Assembly: GCA_036170275.1 (NCBI GenBank)
Contig: JAVHOU010000223.1
Span: 12,294 to 76,293 of the forward strand
Origin: Ignavibacteriaceae bacterium
GTDB lineage: Bacteria; Bacteroidota; Ignavibacteria; Ignavibacteriales; Ignavibacteriaceae
Direction of reading: 5' to 3'
Length of the DNA stretch: 64,000 bases
Shown here: one piece after another, positions 49,793 to 59,480 of the stretch
Numbering within the stretch: position 1 is the first letter of the stretch
Layout of the letters: each line of letters opens with the position of its first letter
Program-made: the position numbers and the translations under genes
Notes under the pieces: model-generated
Database searches by the model: none
The model's input: only the letters and a program-made list of their open reading frames with translations
What the model was told of the DNA's origin: nothing

Positions 49793-50248
49793 TTAATTTG
49801 ATTTGAAATTGATTTGGTTAGAATAATTTTCGATTAGTTTTATTGCTTTTTGAAGAAGTTCATTCGCTGGTTCCTCATTAATTGCCATTTTAAAATATTT
49901 AAATGACGTTTTGTAATTACAGTACAGCCAAAGAATTCCCAATACAGTAAAAGTTTGAAACTCATTTTCATACTTTATATTTCCGCTTTCAATACTAAGA
50001 ATCAAATCATTGCAAGGACAGAATTCTTCATTACTATCAGTCCTTATAATTGTGTTTATATCAGATTCAATTAATTGTATGAAAAGTTTTAATGCTTTTT
50101 CTAGATTATCGGTTTGCGTGTAACAGATAATCAATCTTTTTAAGATTTTTAATTCAGATAACTCTCTGGAGGATAATTTTTCGTAAGCATGCTCAGCAAG
50201 CGAATAATCTTTTAATTGGAAATAATGATTGCCTAACATTTCGCTCAT
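49793..50248 (-). CDS. small helical TPR-like protein, unknown function
   Basis: LGNHYFQLKDYSLAEHAYEKL and NLEKALKLFIQLIE repeat-like helices. First gene after the candidate sigma-54 promoter. Confidence 0.45.
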   Translation of the reverse strand: MSEMLGNHYFQLKDYSLAEHAYEKLSSRELSELKILKRLIICYTQTDNLEKALKLFIQLIESDINTIIRTDSNEEFCPCNDLILSIESGNIKYENEFQTFTVLGILWLYCNYKTSFKYFKMAINEEPANELLQKAIKLIENYSNQINFKSN

Positions 50249-50263
50249 AACAGATTAGATTAC

Positions 50264-50277
50264 GCAAAATGCTTGCC
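50264..50277 (-). promoter_or_regulatory. candidate sigma-54 (-24/-12) promoter
   Basis: Minus sense GGCAAGCATTTTGC has the exact GG-N10-GC spacing of TGGCAC-N5-TTGC. It ends 15 nt before ATG 50248, which implies a near-leaderless mRNA. Confidence 0.4.
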
Positions 50278-50318
50278 TAAGAAAAAATGGATTTAAGGAT
50301 TGTAATGAAGGGTGGCTA

Positions 50319-50402
50319 TTGCAAATGCTTTGCAACATTTCGTGCATTTAATAGATAACTTATTTGATTATAATTATTTAATAGTTTTGCAACAATTTGT
50401 TG
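50319..50402. promoter_or_regulatory. candidate enhancer (UAS) palindromes upstream of the sigma-54 promoter
   Basis: TTGCAAA-TGC-TTTGCAA (50319..35) and CAACAA-T-TTGTTG (50390..402). Both sit in a TTTGCAACA(T/A)TT direct repeat. Confidence 0.3.
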
Positions 50403-50430
50403 AATGATTCACTAAGAATATTCATATAAA

Positions 50431-51753
50431 CTACTTTATTCCCATTGATTTTAACTTACGCCACAAAGTTGTTCTATCGACACCTAAAATCTGGGCAACT
50501 TTTGTTTTATTCCATTTATACTGATTAAGTAATTCAAGGAGAGAAGTATTTTCAAACGGCATTTGAGCATCGGGAATAATATTGTTTTTTTGTTTGCAAA
50601 AAATATTTTCTCTAATCTTTGTCGGAAAAGCACAGATACACAAACTCTTATCGGGCTTATTTCTGATCACAGCATATTCAATTGCATTTTCAAGCTCACG
50701 AATGTTTCCGGGCCAATGCCATCTAGTTAAATGTTCAATACATTCATCTTCAATAAAGGGAATGTTCTTTTTATATATTATAGAAAACTTTTTTAAGAAG
50801 TGATTTGCAAGAAGCGGAATGTCGTCTAATCGTTTTCTTAAAGGAGGCAGGTTGATATGAATAACATTCAGGCGATAGAATAAATCTTCTCTGAATTTTC
50901 CTTCTGCAATTGCTTTCTCTAATATAGTATTGGTAGCAGTAATTATTCTCACATCGACAGATTTTGTTATTGATTCACCAAGTCGCTCAAATGTTCCATC
51001 CTGCACTACTCGTAATATCTGTGGCTGCATCTGCAAAGGCATCTCACCAATCTCATCTAAAAATATTGTTCCACCGTCTGCAAGTTCAAAACGTCCGACT
51101 CTCTCTTTCTGCGCATCAGTGAATGCACCTTTAGCATGCCCAAATAACTCGCTTGCTAAAAGATTATCCGGAATAACAGAGCAATTAACTTTTACGTACT
51201 TATTTTTATTTCGCTTGCTTAAACATTGGATTGCATTTGCAATGAGTTCTTTCCCGGTGCCGGTTTCACCTGTTATAAGTACAGGTGCATCGGAATCAGA
51301 GATTTGTTCAATAAGAGTAAAGATCTCTTTCATACTTTTTGAATTAGAAATCATTCCATGAAAATTGGATTCCTGTTTAAGCATTCCTTCAATCTTTTTT
51401 AGGATCGATAAATCTCTAAAAGTTATAACACCACCCGCCGGATTCCCTGTTTCATCTTTTAACAACGCAGCATTTAATCTTATTGGAATTGGAGTTGAAT
51501 TTTTGCATTCAATCTGACTATCAAAATCAAAAATACTTTTACCAAATTTCAAGATTCTTGCGATCGGACAATTTTCAGAGCAGTATTCAGACTTAAAAAC
51601 GTTTTTACATATTTTACCGATTACTTCATCTTTTTGAAAGCCTGTCATTAAAGTTGCGGCTTCGTTGATAAAAGTTATTTTAAATTCCTTATCAACAGTT
51701 ATTACACCTTCAGCTAAAGAATTTAATATCGTATCTGTTTTTTGTTCTTCCAT
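50431..51753 (-). CDS. sigma-54-dependent transcriptional activator (Cys-rich PAS sensor, AAA+, Fis-type HTH; no receiver domain)
   Basis: PAS region with CKNVFKSEYCSENCP. Walker A GETGTGKE. GAFTDA (GAFTGA variant). C-terminal VAQILGVDRTTLWRKLK. Confidence 0.9.
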   Translation of the reverse strand: MEEQKTDTILNSLAEGVITVDKEFKITFINEAATLMTGFQKDEVIGKICKNVFKSEYCSENCPIARILKFGKSIFDFDSQIECKNSTPIPIRLNAALLKDETGNPAGGVITFRDLSILKKIEGMLKQESNFHGMISNSKSMKEIFTLIEQISDSDAPVLITGETGTGKELIANAIQCLSKRNKNKYVKVNCSVIPDNLLASELFGHAKGAFTDAQKERVGRFELADGGTIFLDEIGEMPLQMQPQILRVVQDGTFERLGESITKSVDVRIITATNTILEKAIAEGKFREDLFYRLNVIHINLPPLRKRLDDIPLLANHFLKKFSIIYKKNIPFIEDECIEHLTRWHWPGNIRELENAIEYAVIRNKPDKSLCICAFPTKIRENIFCKQKNNIIPDAQMPFENTSLLELLNQYKWNKTKVAQILGVDRTTLWRKLKSMGIK

Positions 51754-51756
51754 CTG

Positions 51757-51900
51757 TTATGCGACATTTAAGATTAAATAAACACCACCCAAAATTACTA
51801 AAACACCACAGATTCTCTTAATCCACAAAATTGTTTTTGATTCTTCTGACCAGTTCAAATACTGTTGAACTTTTTTTGATAAAGTTCCTGCTCCAACCAT
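51757..51900 (-). pseudogene. 47-codon ORF resembling the last TM helix of a CcdA/DsbD-type thiol-disulfide transporter; either a remnant or a genuine small membrane protein
   Basis: Hand translation: MVGAGTLSKKVQQYLNWSEESKTILWIKRICGVLVILGGVYLILNVA. It lies 8 nt after the acr3 stop and 3 nt before the activator ATG. Below the ORF-track size cut-off. Confidence 0.3.
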
Positions 51901-51908
51901 TACTTCGT

Positions 51909-52991
51909 TTAAACACAAATATCCGGAGCTTTTACAGTTCCTTCTTCAACTTTACCGAAATATCTTTTCTGAAAATATAAAGCAACATTAACCAGTGCAA
52001 TTAAAACAGGAACTTCAACTAAGGGACCTATAACAGCGGCAAATGCTTCTCCGCTATTTATTCCAAACACAGCTATCGCAACTGCAATGGCTAATTCAAA
52101 ATTATTACTGGCGGCAGTAAACGATAATGTTGCCGTTTTGCTGTAATCCGCACCAATTTTTTTGCCCATATAAAATGAAACAAAAAACATTATCACAAAA
52201 TAAAAGAGTAATGGGATTGCAATTCTTACAACATCTAAAGGAATCTTTACGATGTATTCTCCTTTAAGTGAAAACATAACAACAATTGTAAAGAGTAAGG
52301 CGATTAATGTTATTGGAGATATCTTTGGAATGAACTTTCGCTCGTACCATTGCTTACTTTTTAGTTTGAGCAATACAAATCTCGTTATCATTCCAGCAAA
52401 AAAAGGAATTCCAAGATAGATGAAAACACTTTTAGCAATTTGTCCGATAGTTATATCAACAGCAAAAGTTTTTAATCCTAACCACGAAGGAAGTACAGTT
52501 AAAAACACATAAGCGTAAATTGAAAAGAATAGAACCTGGAATATAGAATTGAAAGCAACTAAACCTGCTGCATATTCAGTATCACCTTTTGCAAGTTCAT
52601 TCCAAACAATAACCATTGCAATGCAGCGAGCAAGACCAATCATAATTAGGCCTGCCATATACTCTGGATAATCCTGTAAAAAGATTATTGCAAGAATAAA
52701 CATTAGTATCGGACCAATAATCCAATTTTGCACAAGAGAAAGTGTGAGCACTTTAACATTTCTAAATACATCGGGTAATTCTTCGTACTTAACTTTTGCA
52801 AGCGGCGGATACATCATTAAAATCAAACCAATTGCAATCGGAATGTTTGTTGTGCCTGATTGAAATGAATTCCAGAAATCAACTACACCGGGAAATAGAT
52901 ATCCTGAAAACACTCCAATAAACATCGCAAGAAAAATCCACAACGTTAAATAACGGTCTAAGAATGAAATTTTTTTTGTTAACGAACTCAT
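51909..52991 (-). CDS. acr3: ACR3 family arsenite efflux transporter
   Basis: [20 protein letters not shown], 10-TM profile. ATG 52991 preferred over the track TTG at 53015. Confidence 0.9.
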   Translation of the reverse strand: MSSLTKKISFLDRYLTLWIFLAMFIGVFSGYLFPGVVDFWNSFQSGTTNIPIAIGLILMMYPPLAKVKYEELPDVFRNVKVLTLSLVQNWIIGPILMFILAIIFLQDYPEYMAGLIMIGLARCIAMVIVWNELAKGDTEYAAGLVAFNSIFQVLFFSIYAYVFLTVLPSWLGLKTFAVDITIGQIAKSVFIYLGIPFFAGMITRFVLLKLKSKQWYERKFIPKISPITLIALLFTIVVMFSLKGEYIVKIPLDVVRIAIPLLFYFVIMFFVSFYMGKKIGADYSKTATLSFTAASNNFELAIAVAIAVFGINSGEAFAAVIGPLVEVPVLIALVNVALYFQKRYFGKVEEGTVKAPDICV

Positions 52992-53007
52992 TTTTTCTTC
53001 TCTTATG

Positions 53008-54024
53008 TTATGCAAAAACTAAATTGAACAAATAACCAACGATAATTATTCCGGTTGCAACTACACCAATAAAAATTCCTATCAATTGGATCTTAAGAAC
53101 TTTTTTTAAGATTATAGTTTCAGGTAAAGACAATCCAATAACACTCATCATAAATGCAAGCACAGTTCCAAGCGATGCACCTTTTTCTAGCAATGCCTGA
53201 ACAATTGGAATTATACCGGCAGCGTTAGAATACATTGGAACTCCGAGTATTACAGCAATTGGAACAGACCACCATGCACTTTTTCCCATCAGCGATGCCA
53301 TAAAATTTTCGGGCACATATCCGTGAATGCCGGCACCAACTGCAATTCCTATTACGATGTAAATCCAAACCTTTGCAACAATTTCTTTTACTGCATCTAT
53401 TCCTCCAGTAATTCTGTCAGCGAAAGGAACTTTTTCTTCTGCAATTTCTAAATGCCCGGCTTTTATTTTATACACCCAGGGTTCAACATACTTTTCTAAT
53501 TTTAATCTTCCAATTATATAACCTGAAAGCATTGCAATTAATAATCCGGTTAACATATATAAAAGAGCGGTTTTCCATCCGAACAATCCGAACAAAAGAA
53601 CGAGTGCAACTTCATTTATCATTGGAGCAGCAATCAAAAAAGAAAATGTTACCCCAAGAGGAACGCCGCTTTCTACAAATCCAAGAAACAAAGGAATTGC
53701 AGAACATGAACAAAATGGAGTTACAATTCCTAGTGTACTTGCCATTACATTTCCGGTGAAAAGTTTTTTCCCACCCAGCATTTTTCTTGTTCTTTCTGGT
53801 GAGAAATAACTTCTAACTATTCCAACACCCAAAACAATTAATGTGAGTAGTAGCAAAACTTTGGGAACTTCAAAAACAAAGAACCAAACTGCATCGGTTA
53901 AATGGGTATTTCTCTGCATTCCAAGAATTGAATAAACAATAAAATCTGTAAATACATTTAGATTTAGATAAATCAATATCCAAAGCAGTAGAAAGGATAA
54001 GAGAATTAAAAGTTTATTTTTCAT
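53008..54024 (-). CDS. ArsP-like (DUF318) permease
   Basis: [12 protein letters not shown] motif and a duplicated TM architecture. Pairs with the small thioredoxin-like gene. Confidence 0.78.
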   Translation of the reverse strand: MKNKLLILLSFLLLWILIYLNLNVFTDFIVYSILGMQRNTHLTDAVWFFVFEVPKVLLLLTLIVLGVGIVRSYFSPERTRKMLGGKKLFTGNVMASTLGIVTPFCSCSAIPLFLGFVESGVPLGVTFSFLIAAPMINEVALVLLFGLFGWKTALLYMLTGLLIAMLSGYIIGRLKLEKYVEPWVYKIKAGHLEIAEEKVPFADRITGGIDAVKEIVAKVWIYIVIGIAVGAGIHGYVPENFMASLMGKSAWWSVPIAVILGVPMYSNAAGIIPIVQALLEKGASLGTVLAFMMSVIGLSLPETIILKKVLKIQLIGIFIGVVATGIIIVGYLFNLVFA

Positions 54025-54054
54025 TTTGAGCGTAAGATCATATTATATGATAAT

Positions 54055-54300
54055 CTAATTGATATTGTCTTGAATCCAGTGAACTAAAGTTGATTTAGTT
54101 GGGAGTTTTCCACTCGATATCATTTTACCATTTATCTCAAGTCCTGGTGTTGATAAAATTCCTGTCTTCATTATTTCTTGAATATCTGTTACTTTTTCAA
54201 TTGAAGCATCAAGATTATTTTCTTGAATTACTTCCGTGCACATTGCCTCAAGCCTTTTACAATTTGCACAACCGCTGCCATAAACTTTTATAATATTCAT
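54055..54300 (-). CDS. thioredoxin-fold redox-active disulfide protein (Thioredoxin_3-like)
   Basis: KVYGSGCANCKRL CxxC motif. 81 aa. Confidence 0.8.
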   Translation of the reverse strand: MNIIKVYGSGCANCKRLEAMCTEVIQENNLDASIEKVTDIQEIMKTGILSTPGLEINGKMISSGKLPTKSTLVHWIQDNIN

Positions 54301-54728
54301 TATTTCTCCTTCAAATTAGTTTTATAGAAATCATAAAATCTTCTTTTGATTTCATCTCTTACTCTACGATACACAGGCATAATTTTTTCTTCTGTTCCAA
54401 CCGCATCAGCAGGATCATCAAACCCGACGTGAAGCCGATGTTTTACTTTGCCAATAAAAACTGGACAAGTTTCTTTGGCGTTATCACAAACTGTAATTAC
54501 ATAATCAAATGATTGTGAAAGATATTTATCAACATTCTCGGCAATTCCACTGCTTATGTCTATTCCAACTTCATTCATTGCTTTTACTGCAAAAGGATTT
54601 ACTTTTTTCGCAGGCTTTGTTCCGGCAGAAAATACCTCAAGATTTTTATCAAATGATTTGAGAAAACCTTCTGCCATCTGGCTGCGGCAAGAATTTCCGG
54701 TACAGAGGATTAGAATTTTTTGTTTCAT
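54300..54728 (-). CDS. arsC: arsenate reductase, LMW-PTPase / thioredoxin-coupled type
   Basis: KILILCTGNSCRSQMAEG (CX5R loop) and a downstream Cys pair region VCDNAKETCP. Confidence 0.9.
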   Translation of the reverse strand: MKQKILILCTGNSCRSQMAEGFLKSFDKNLEVFSAGTKPAKKVNPFAVKAMNEVGIDISSGIAENVDKYLSQSFDYVITVCDNAKETCPVFIGKVKHRLHVGFDDPADAVGTEEKIMPVYRRVRDEIKRRFYDFYKTNLKEK

Positions 54729-54779
54729 ATTATTATTTCCATTTAATAATTCGTGGATTATCGAATTGATTATTATTTT

Positions 54780-55127
54780 TTATCGAGAACAAACTTCGTT
54801 GCGATTAACCTTTTGTATTTTTTGTTTATCCGAAAGAATTGTCTGATTGTCCGAAATCCAGAAATCTAAAGTGGAAATAAGCGACGAAATCCTCGGATCG
54901 GCAGGGTGAGAATTTATTAAATAGTTAACCCACTTTCCGTCTTTCTGCTCAAGGATGAATCCAGTATCTTTGAGAATACTGAGATGCTTTGAGACTGTCG
55001 AAGTTGCTAATTTTAATATATCCGTAATCTCGCAAACACAAAGTGATTTACTTTGCAGCATTTTCAATATCCTCAAACGATTCGGATCAGAGAGAACTTT
55101 GAATATTTTAGTGTTGTCTTTAGTCAT
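54780..55127 (-). CDS. arsR: ArsR/SmtB family repressor (alpha-3 CVC type)
   Basis: LSDPNRLRILKML...LCVCEITDIL...STVSKHLSILK. Confidence 0.9.
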   Translation of the reverse strand: MTKDNTKIFKVLSDPNRLRILKMLQSKSLCVCEITDILKLATSTVSKHLSILKDTGFILEQKDGKWVNYLINSHPADPRISSLISTLDFWISDNQTILSDKQKIQKVNRNEVCSR

Positions 55128-55139
55128 TGATAAAAACTC

Positions 55140-55159
55140 ATTTCGTTTACTGACGAAAT
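55140..55159. promoter_or_regulatory. candidate ArsR operator
   Basis: Perfect inverted repeat ATTTCGT-N6-ACGAAAT, 13 nt upstream of the arsR ATG. Confidence 0.4.
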
Positions 55160-55338
55160 ATAAATCATTTCTATAAAAATACCAAATAAAAAATTATAAC
55201 CAGTTACTGGGTAATAAAAACCTGAGGGAATGGTATTAGATTGGAATAGGTTTAGAGAATAGATTAGTCTTTTTGATATCAGAATAATTTTGATCAAAAA
55301 CTTTTTTATTAATCTGGAAGTGCAAATATTATTATGTT

Positions 55339-56235
55339 TTAAACTAATTGAGTGGTTTTACATCTATCACACTCAAACTGCAATGTAGTATGATTGATTT
55401 CATATTTATCGTGCAACTCGGCTTCAATCTTCTTTTGAATTTCTATGGTTTTGCTAACAGCCATATCTTCAACTTCAATATGTGCTTCAAAATGTGTGTC
55501 GTTATCATTTAGTTTCCACAAATGAATGTGGTGAATATTTTTTACTCCGCTTAGAGATTCCACTAAAATTTTCAATTCATTCAAATCAATTCCTTCCGGA
55601 GAAGACATCATAATCACATTAAGAGCTTCTTTAACAATCTCATAAGTTTCTTTTAAAATGTAAACAGAAATAAGAATTGTTAATAAAGGATCAATCCAGT
55701 AAATCTGATAGAAAATTATAAACACCGCACCAATTATCACTGCAAGACTTGAAACTGCATCGCTTAACAAATGAAAATATGCAGCGCGGATATTAAGATT
55801 ACCTTTAGAACCTTTTTTCAAAAGCAACGTTCCTGCAATGTTTGCAATCAAACCTAAAGCAGCTACAATCAGCATTAAGCTTCCGGTAATTGGTGAAGGG
55901 TTATAAAATCTTTCAATTGCTTCTTTAATTAAAAAGAAACTAATTATAATTAGAGTGCTTGCATTTATAATTGCTGCAATAATTTCAGCTCGTTTTAAAC
56001 CAAAAGTATATTTGAATGTTTTTGGTTTTTTACTTAATCGCATTGCAATGTAAGTTATGATAATTGCAATACCATCGCTGAAGTTGTGCAGTGCATCAGA
56101 AATAAGAGACAAGCTTCCCGAAATAAAACCGCCGATGACCTCTGCTATTGTTATGAAAAAATTCAGAGCCATTGTGATGAACAGATTTTGCTCTGAAGTT
56201 TCATTACCGCTATTATGTGAATGATTGTGTGACAT
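55339..56235 (-). CDS. cation diffusion facilitator (CzcD/ZitB-like) divalent metal efflux transporter
   Basis: His-rich N-terminus MSHNHSHNSG, ISDALHNFSD, HLLSDAVSSL. Confidence 0.9.
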   Translation of the reverse strand: MSHNHSHNSGNETSEQNLFITMALNFFITIAEVIGGFISGSLSLISDALHNFSDGIAIIITYIAMRLSKKPKTFKYTFGLKRAEIIAAIINASTLIIISFFLIKEAIERFYNPSPITGSLMLIVAALGLIANIAGTLLLKKGSKGNLNIRAAYFHLLSDAVSSLAVIIGAVFIIFYQIYWIDPLLTILISVYILKETYEIVKEALNVIMMSSPEGIDLNELKILVESLSGVKNIHHIHLWKLNDNDTHFEAHIEVEDMAVSKTIEIQKKIEAELHDKYEINHTTLQFECDRCKTTQLV

Positions 56236-56256
56236 GTTTAATCCTTTATTTATTTA

Positions 56257-56341
56257 GTCATTGCGAATCCCGATTTATCGGGATGAAGCAATCTGCTTAA
56301 CTGTTTTAGATTGCTTCTGGACTATCGTCCCTCGCAATGAC
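56257..56341. repeat. family D repeats, two units in inverted orientation
   Basis: GTCATTGCGA-atcccgatttatcgggat-GAAGCAATCT (56257..94) and its inverted relative agattgcttctggactatcgtccctcgcaatgac (56308..41). The latter encodes the last 11 aa of the adjacent CDS. Confidence 0.7.
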
Positions 56342-57100
56342 TGTTTTAATTTCTTCTCTCATCTTCAAAGGTGAATTTGTTGTGATTGAATCAACACCAA
56401 GATTTATTAATCTAAAAGCATCCTCAACTTTATCAACATCGTATGCACAAAAATCTAAATTATTTTCCCGCAAAGATTTTACAAGCGTTTCATCAATATA
56501 TGGAGCTGCATTTACATCGATGCCATCGCAATTAAGTGTTCTAAGTGTTTGCATCAATCTTCTTTGTGCTAAAGATTTTAAATATTTCTTTTTCGAAAAA
56601 TACCATCCAAAGAGCCAATAAGTTTTTATCTCAGGTAAATATTTTTTTGCCAACTTAACTGTGTTTGGATTAAATGCAATTATTCTGATTCTATCTTTTT
56701 GAATCGGGAACTGGTTTAATATTTCTCTAAGTTTTTCAACAAAAATTTCACGATCGTCTTTTATCTCAATGTAAATTCCTTTTCCTTCTGGAATGATTTT
56801 AAGTACCTCTTGAAGTGTTGGGATTGTAGTTCCTTTAAATTGATCAGCTTTCCAAATCCCAACATCCACTTTTTTAAGATCAGATAAAGTTGAACTGCGA
56901 ACATTTAATTTATTTATTTTACTCGTTACTCTTTTAGTATTCCGATCGTGAATGCAAACTATCTCGTTATCTTTTGTAAGCCAAAAATCACCTTCAATAA
57001 AATCAGCGTTTTCTTTAAAAGCCAATTCGAAAGAAGGAACTGTATTTTCCGGTGCCGCATAAGATGCACCACGATGTGCTACAATTAAAGGGCTATTCAT
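56306..57100 (-). CDS. ugpQ: glycerophosphodiester phosphodiesterase
   Basis: PLIVAHRGASYAAPENT, EGDFWLTKD. The C-terminal VIARDDSPEAI is encoded by a repeat unit. Confidence 0.86.
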   Translation of the reverse strand: MNSPLIVAHRGASYAAPENTVPSFELAFKENADFIEGDFWLTKDNEIVCIHDRNTKRVTSKINKLNVRSSTLSDLKKVDVGIWKADQFKGTTIPTLQEVLKIIPEGKGIYIEIKDDREIFVEKLREILNQFPIQKDRIRIIAFNPNTVKLAKKYLPEIKTYWLFGWYFSKKKYLKSLAQRRLMQTLRTLNCDGIDVNAAPYIDETLVKSLRENNLDFCAYDVDKVEDAFRLINLGVDSITTNSPLKMREEIKTVIARDDSPEAI

Positions 57101-57117
57101 CAGATATTGTATTATGC

Positions 57118-58032
57118 TTAAGCATCTCCTTTTAATTTTTTGATGTAATGCTCAATCTCTAACAGATAAGAATTCCGGTTAACAAGTTTTTTGATTTCAT
57201 CAATATTCTCTTTAGCAGCTTGTTCGCCTGCAGCAATTATTTCACTCGTCTGATCAAAATTTGCCCAGGTTAAATGTCTTACCTGCGGGTGAATCACTAT
57301 ATCAGCTTCTCTTAATCTAAGAACAGAAAGTTTAAAAGAGGTAATGTCTTCCGCACGATAGAGCACGTTAAAAATATTTTGTGGCTGCTCAATTGTTGTA
57401 ATGCATCTTGTTACATCAACAGCTAAAACTCTATCCGCTCCAATCTCTCTAACTTTTCCCGCCGGCACGCTTTCGGATGCGCTTCCATCAATAAGAAAAT
57501 AATTTTGATATTTAACCGGTGGAAAAATTCCGGGAATTGCTGAACTTGCTCTAATGACATCTCTTAAACTTCCTCTGGTAAAATTAACTTCTTCGCCGGA
57601 AAGTAAATCGGTTGCGATAGCGGAATATTTTATTTTGAAATTTTCAATCGGTGTATCAGGAATAATCTGATAAATTTCCTTCGTTAATTCTTCATCAAAA
57701 TAGGAAAGGCGATTTAACGCTTTCAAAGCTTGTATTCTCGTTCCGACATAATCATAGAACTGTTCGAAATAATTTTTATCAGGTTTATTATTTCCTTTGA
57801 GCTTATCAGTTTCAAGTTCAACAAATTTTGGATGTTTAATTGCTTTGTATATAAAATCTTCAACTTCTTTTGCATTGCCGTAATAAGCGTATAAACCGCC
57901 AACAAGTGCACCCATACTGCATCCAGTTATTGAGTGTATCTTAATCTTTTCTTCATCAAGCACTTTTAGTACACCAATATGCGCCAAACCTCTTGCGCCG
58001 CCGCCGCCAAGTGCTAATCCAAATTTTGACAT
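57118..58032 (-). CDS. patatin-like phospholipase
   Basis: GLALGGGGARG oxyanion motif, GCSMGA (GxSxG), IDGS (DGA/G). Confidence 0.88.
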   Translation of the reverse strand: MSKFGLALGGGGARGLAHIGVLKVLDEEKIKIHSITGCSMGALVGGLYAYYGNAKEVEDFIYKAIKHPKFVELETDKLKGNNKPDKNYFEQFYDYVGTRIQALKALNRLSYFDEELTKEIYQIIPDTPIENFKIKYSAIATDLLSGEEVNFTRGSLRDVIRASSAIPGIFPPVKYQNYFLIDGSASESVPAGKVREIGADRVLAVDVTRCITTIEQPQNIFNVLYRAEDITSFKLSVLRLREADIVIHPQVRHLTWANFDQTSEIIAAGEQAAKENIDEIKKLVNRNSYLLEIEHYIKKLKGDA

Positions 58033-58090
58033 AAATGTTATTCTGTTTTTTAGAATTATTGAATTTACTACTTGTTGCTAAATTTTATAT

Positions 58091-58133
58091 AGATTGCTTC
58101 GTCCCGACTAAGTAAGTAGGGATTCGCGATGAC
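58091..58133. repeat. family D repeat unit
   Basis: agattgcttcgtcccgactaagtaagtagggattcgcgatgac. Confidence 0.65.
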
Positions 58134-58152
58134 GTCCCTTTTGAAATTCATA

Positions 58153-59415
58153 TTAAATAATAACTGAAAGAACACTTGCAATAATCAACACAGAAAAGCC
58201 AATAATAATATTTCTTTTGATTTTTGATTCACCTAAAAACAATGCGTAAATGATCTTTATAAGATTATTACTTGCAGTTGCAATTATTGTTGCGTTTACA
58301 ATCGTGTTGATATGCAAACCACTATCAGTGTGTTGAAATAAATTTAATATATACGGATCAATATCAGTAACACCGACAACGAACGAGAGAATGTTTACAC
58401 CCATATTTCCATAATTTGTAACAACAAGATTTGTAATCACTGCAAAGAATCCAAAAAGTAATCCAAAGATTAAAGCCGTTTTAAACTCCAATGGATTATG
58501 CGTATTGTTTACTTTAATTGTTTCATCCGTTGTGGTCTTATTTTTTATCTGCAGCAAAACAATCAACACAGCACTGACTATAACAAATCCAACAAAATAG
58601 GGAAGCAGAATCATCGCAGCATTGCTGTTGAATATCCAGGCAAGAATTAAAATACGAATGTACATCATTCCGGTTGCTGCAAATATTCCTGACGTGATTG
58701 TTGCGGCATTATTTTCTTCTTTACTTTTTTTAGCAAGGATAATTGTAGTTGCAGTGCTGCTGTACAATCCACCTAAAACTGCGGATAAGATTATTCCGGA
58801 ATTTGGAAACACAAATTTCTTTAACAAATAACTTAGATAAGAGATGCTGGAAACGGCTACGATTGATAGCCAGATTTGATAGGCTGAAATGTTTATCCAT
58901 TTTGATATCGGATCGTGCGGCAGTAACGGTAAAACTATACCAGCAATAATTATAAACTTGGCAAGTGTTGTGAATTCATTCCTGTCAAATTTTTTTGAGA
59001 ATTGAAAGAGACTTTCTTTGATCTCCACAACGATTAAGATTGTTACAACAATCAGCATCACCATCCACGGTGGCTGCAAATAAACGAGCGGCGTTAAGCA
59101 GTATGTAATCAATGCAATTATTAGCGAGGTAAAACCCCATTGATTTTTTATTTTAATTTTATTGAAATAATAAATTCCCAAAAATGTCGAAAGGACAAAC
59201 CCGCCCGCAAAAAATAATGCAAGATTTTTAGGCATTACTATGTAAAGAATAAAACCTAAGATCCCGATAAGAGTGATTGTACGATCAGTACCAAACAATG
59301 ACTCAAACTCAAGTTCAATATGAAGTCTTCTCTGCTCAAGTCCGATTAGTAAAGAGAAAAGAACAACCAATAAAAAGTTGCTTAAGTCTTTAGGTATTTG
59401 TGATATTATTTCCAT
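58153..59415 (-). CDS. MgtC/SapB-like N-terminal domain plus DUF4010-type polytopic membrane protein
   Basis: LIGLEQRRL...GTDRT resembles the MgtC start. About 10 further TM segments. Confidence 0.7.
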   Translation of the reverse strand: MEIISQIPKDLSNFLLVVLFSLLIGLEQRRLHIELEFESLFGTDRTITLIGILGFILYIVMPKNLALFFAGGFVLSTFLGIYYFNKIKIKNQWGFTSLIIALITYCLTPLVYLQPPWMVMLIVVTILIVVEIKESLFQFSKKFDRNEFTTLAKFIIIAGIVLPLLPHDPISKWINISAYQIWLSIVAVSSISYLSYLLKKFVFPNSGIILSAVLGGLYSSTATTIILAKKSKEENNAATITSGIFAATGMMYIRILILAWIFNSNAAMILLPYFVGFVIVSAVLIVLLQIKNKTTTDETIKVNNTHNPLEFKTALIFGLLFGFFAVITNLVVTNYGNMGVNILSFVVGVTDIDPYILNLFQHTDSGLHINTIVNATIIATASNNLIKIIYALFLGESKIKRNIIIGFSVLIIASVLSVII

Positions 59416-59480
59416 AATATTTTTTTATTTAAAATTGTTTCAGTCTCTTCGCTCGTTCGCAATTACTGTTATTTATCATT

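Noticed and set aside
50311-50345. Second sigma-54-like motif (ATGCACGAAATGTTGCA on the minus strand; TGGCTATTGCAAATGC on the plus strand)
   Set aside because: Both have GG/GC spacing off by one and lack the GG dinucleotide or the correct orientation. The region is better explained as palindromic enhancer sites.
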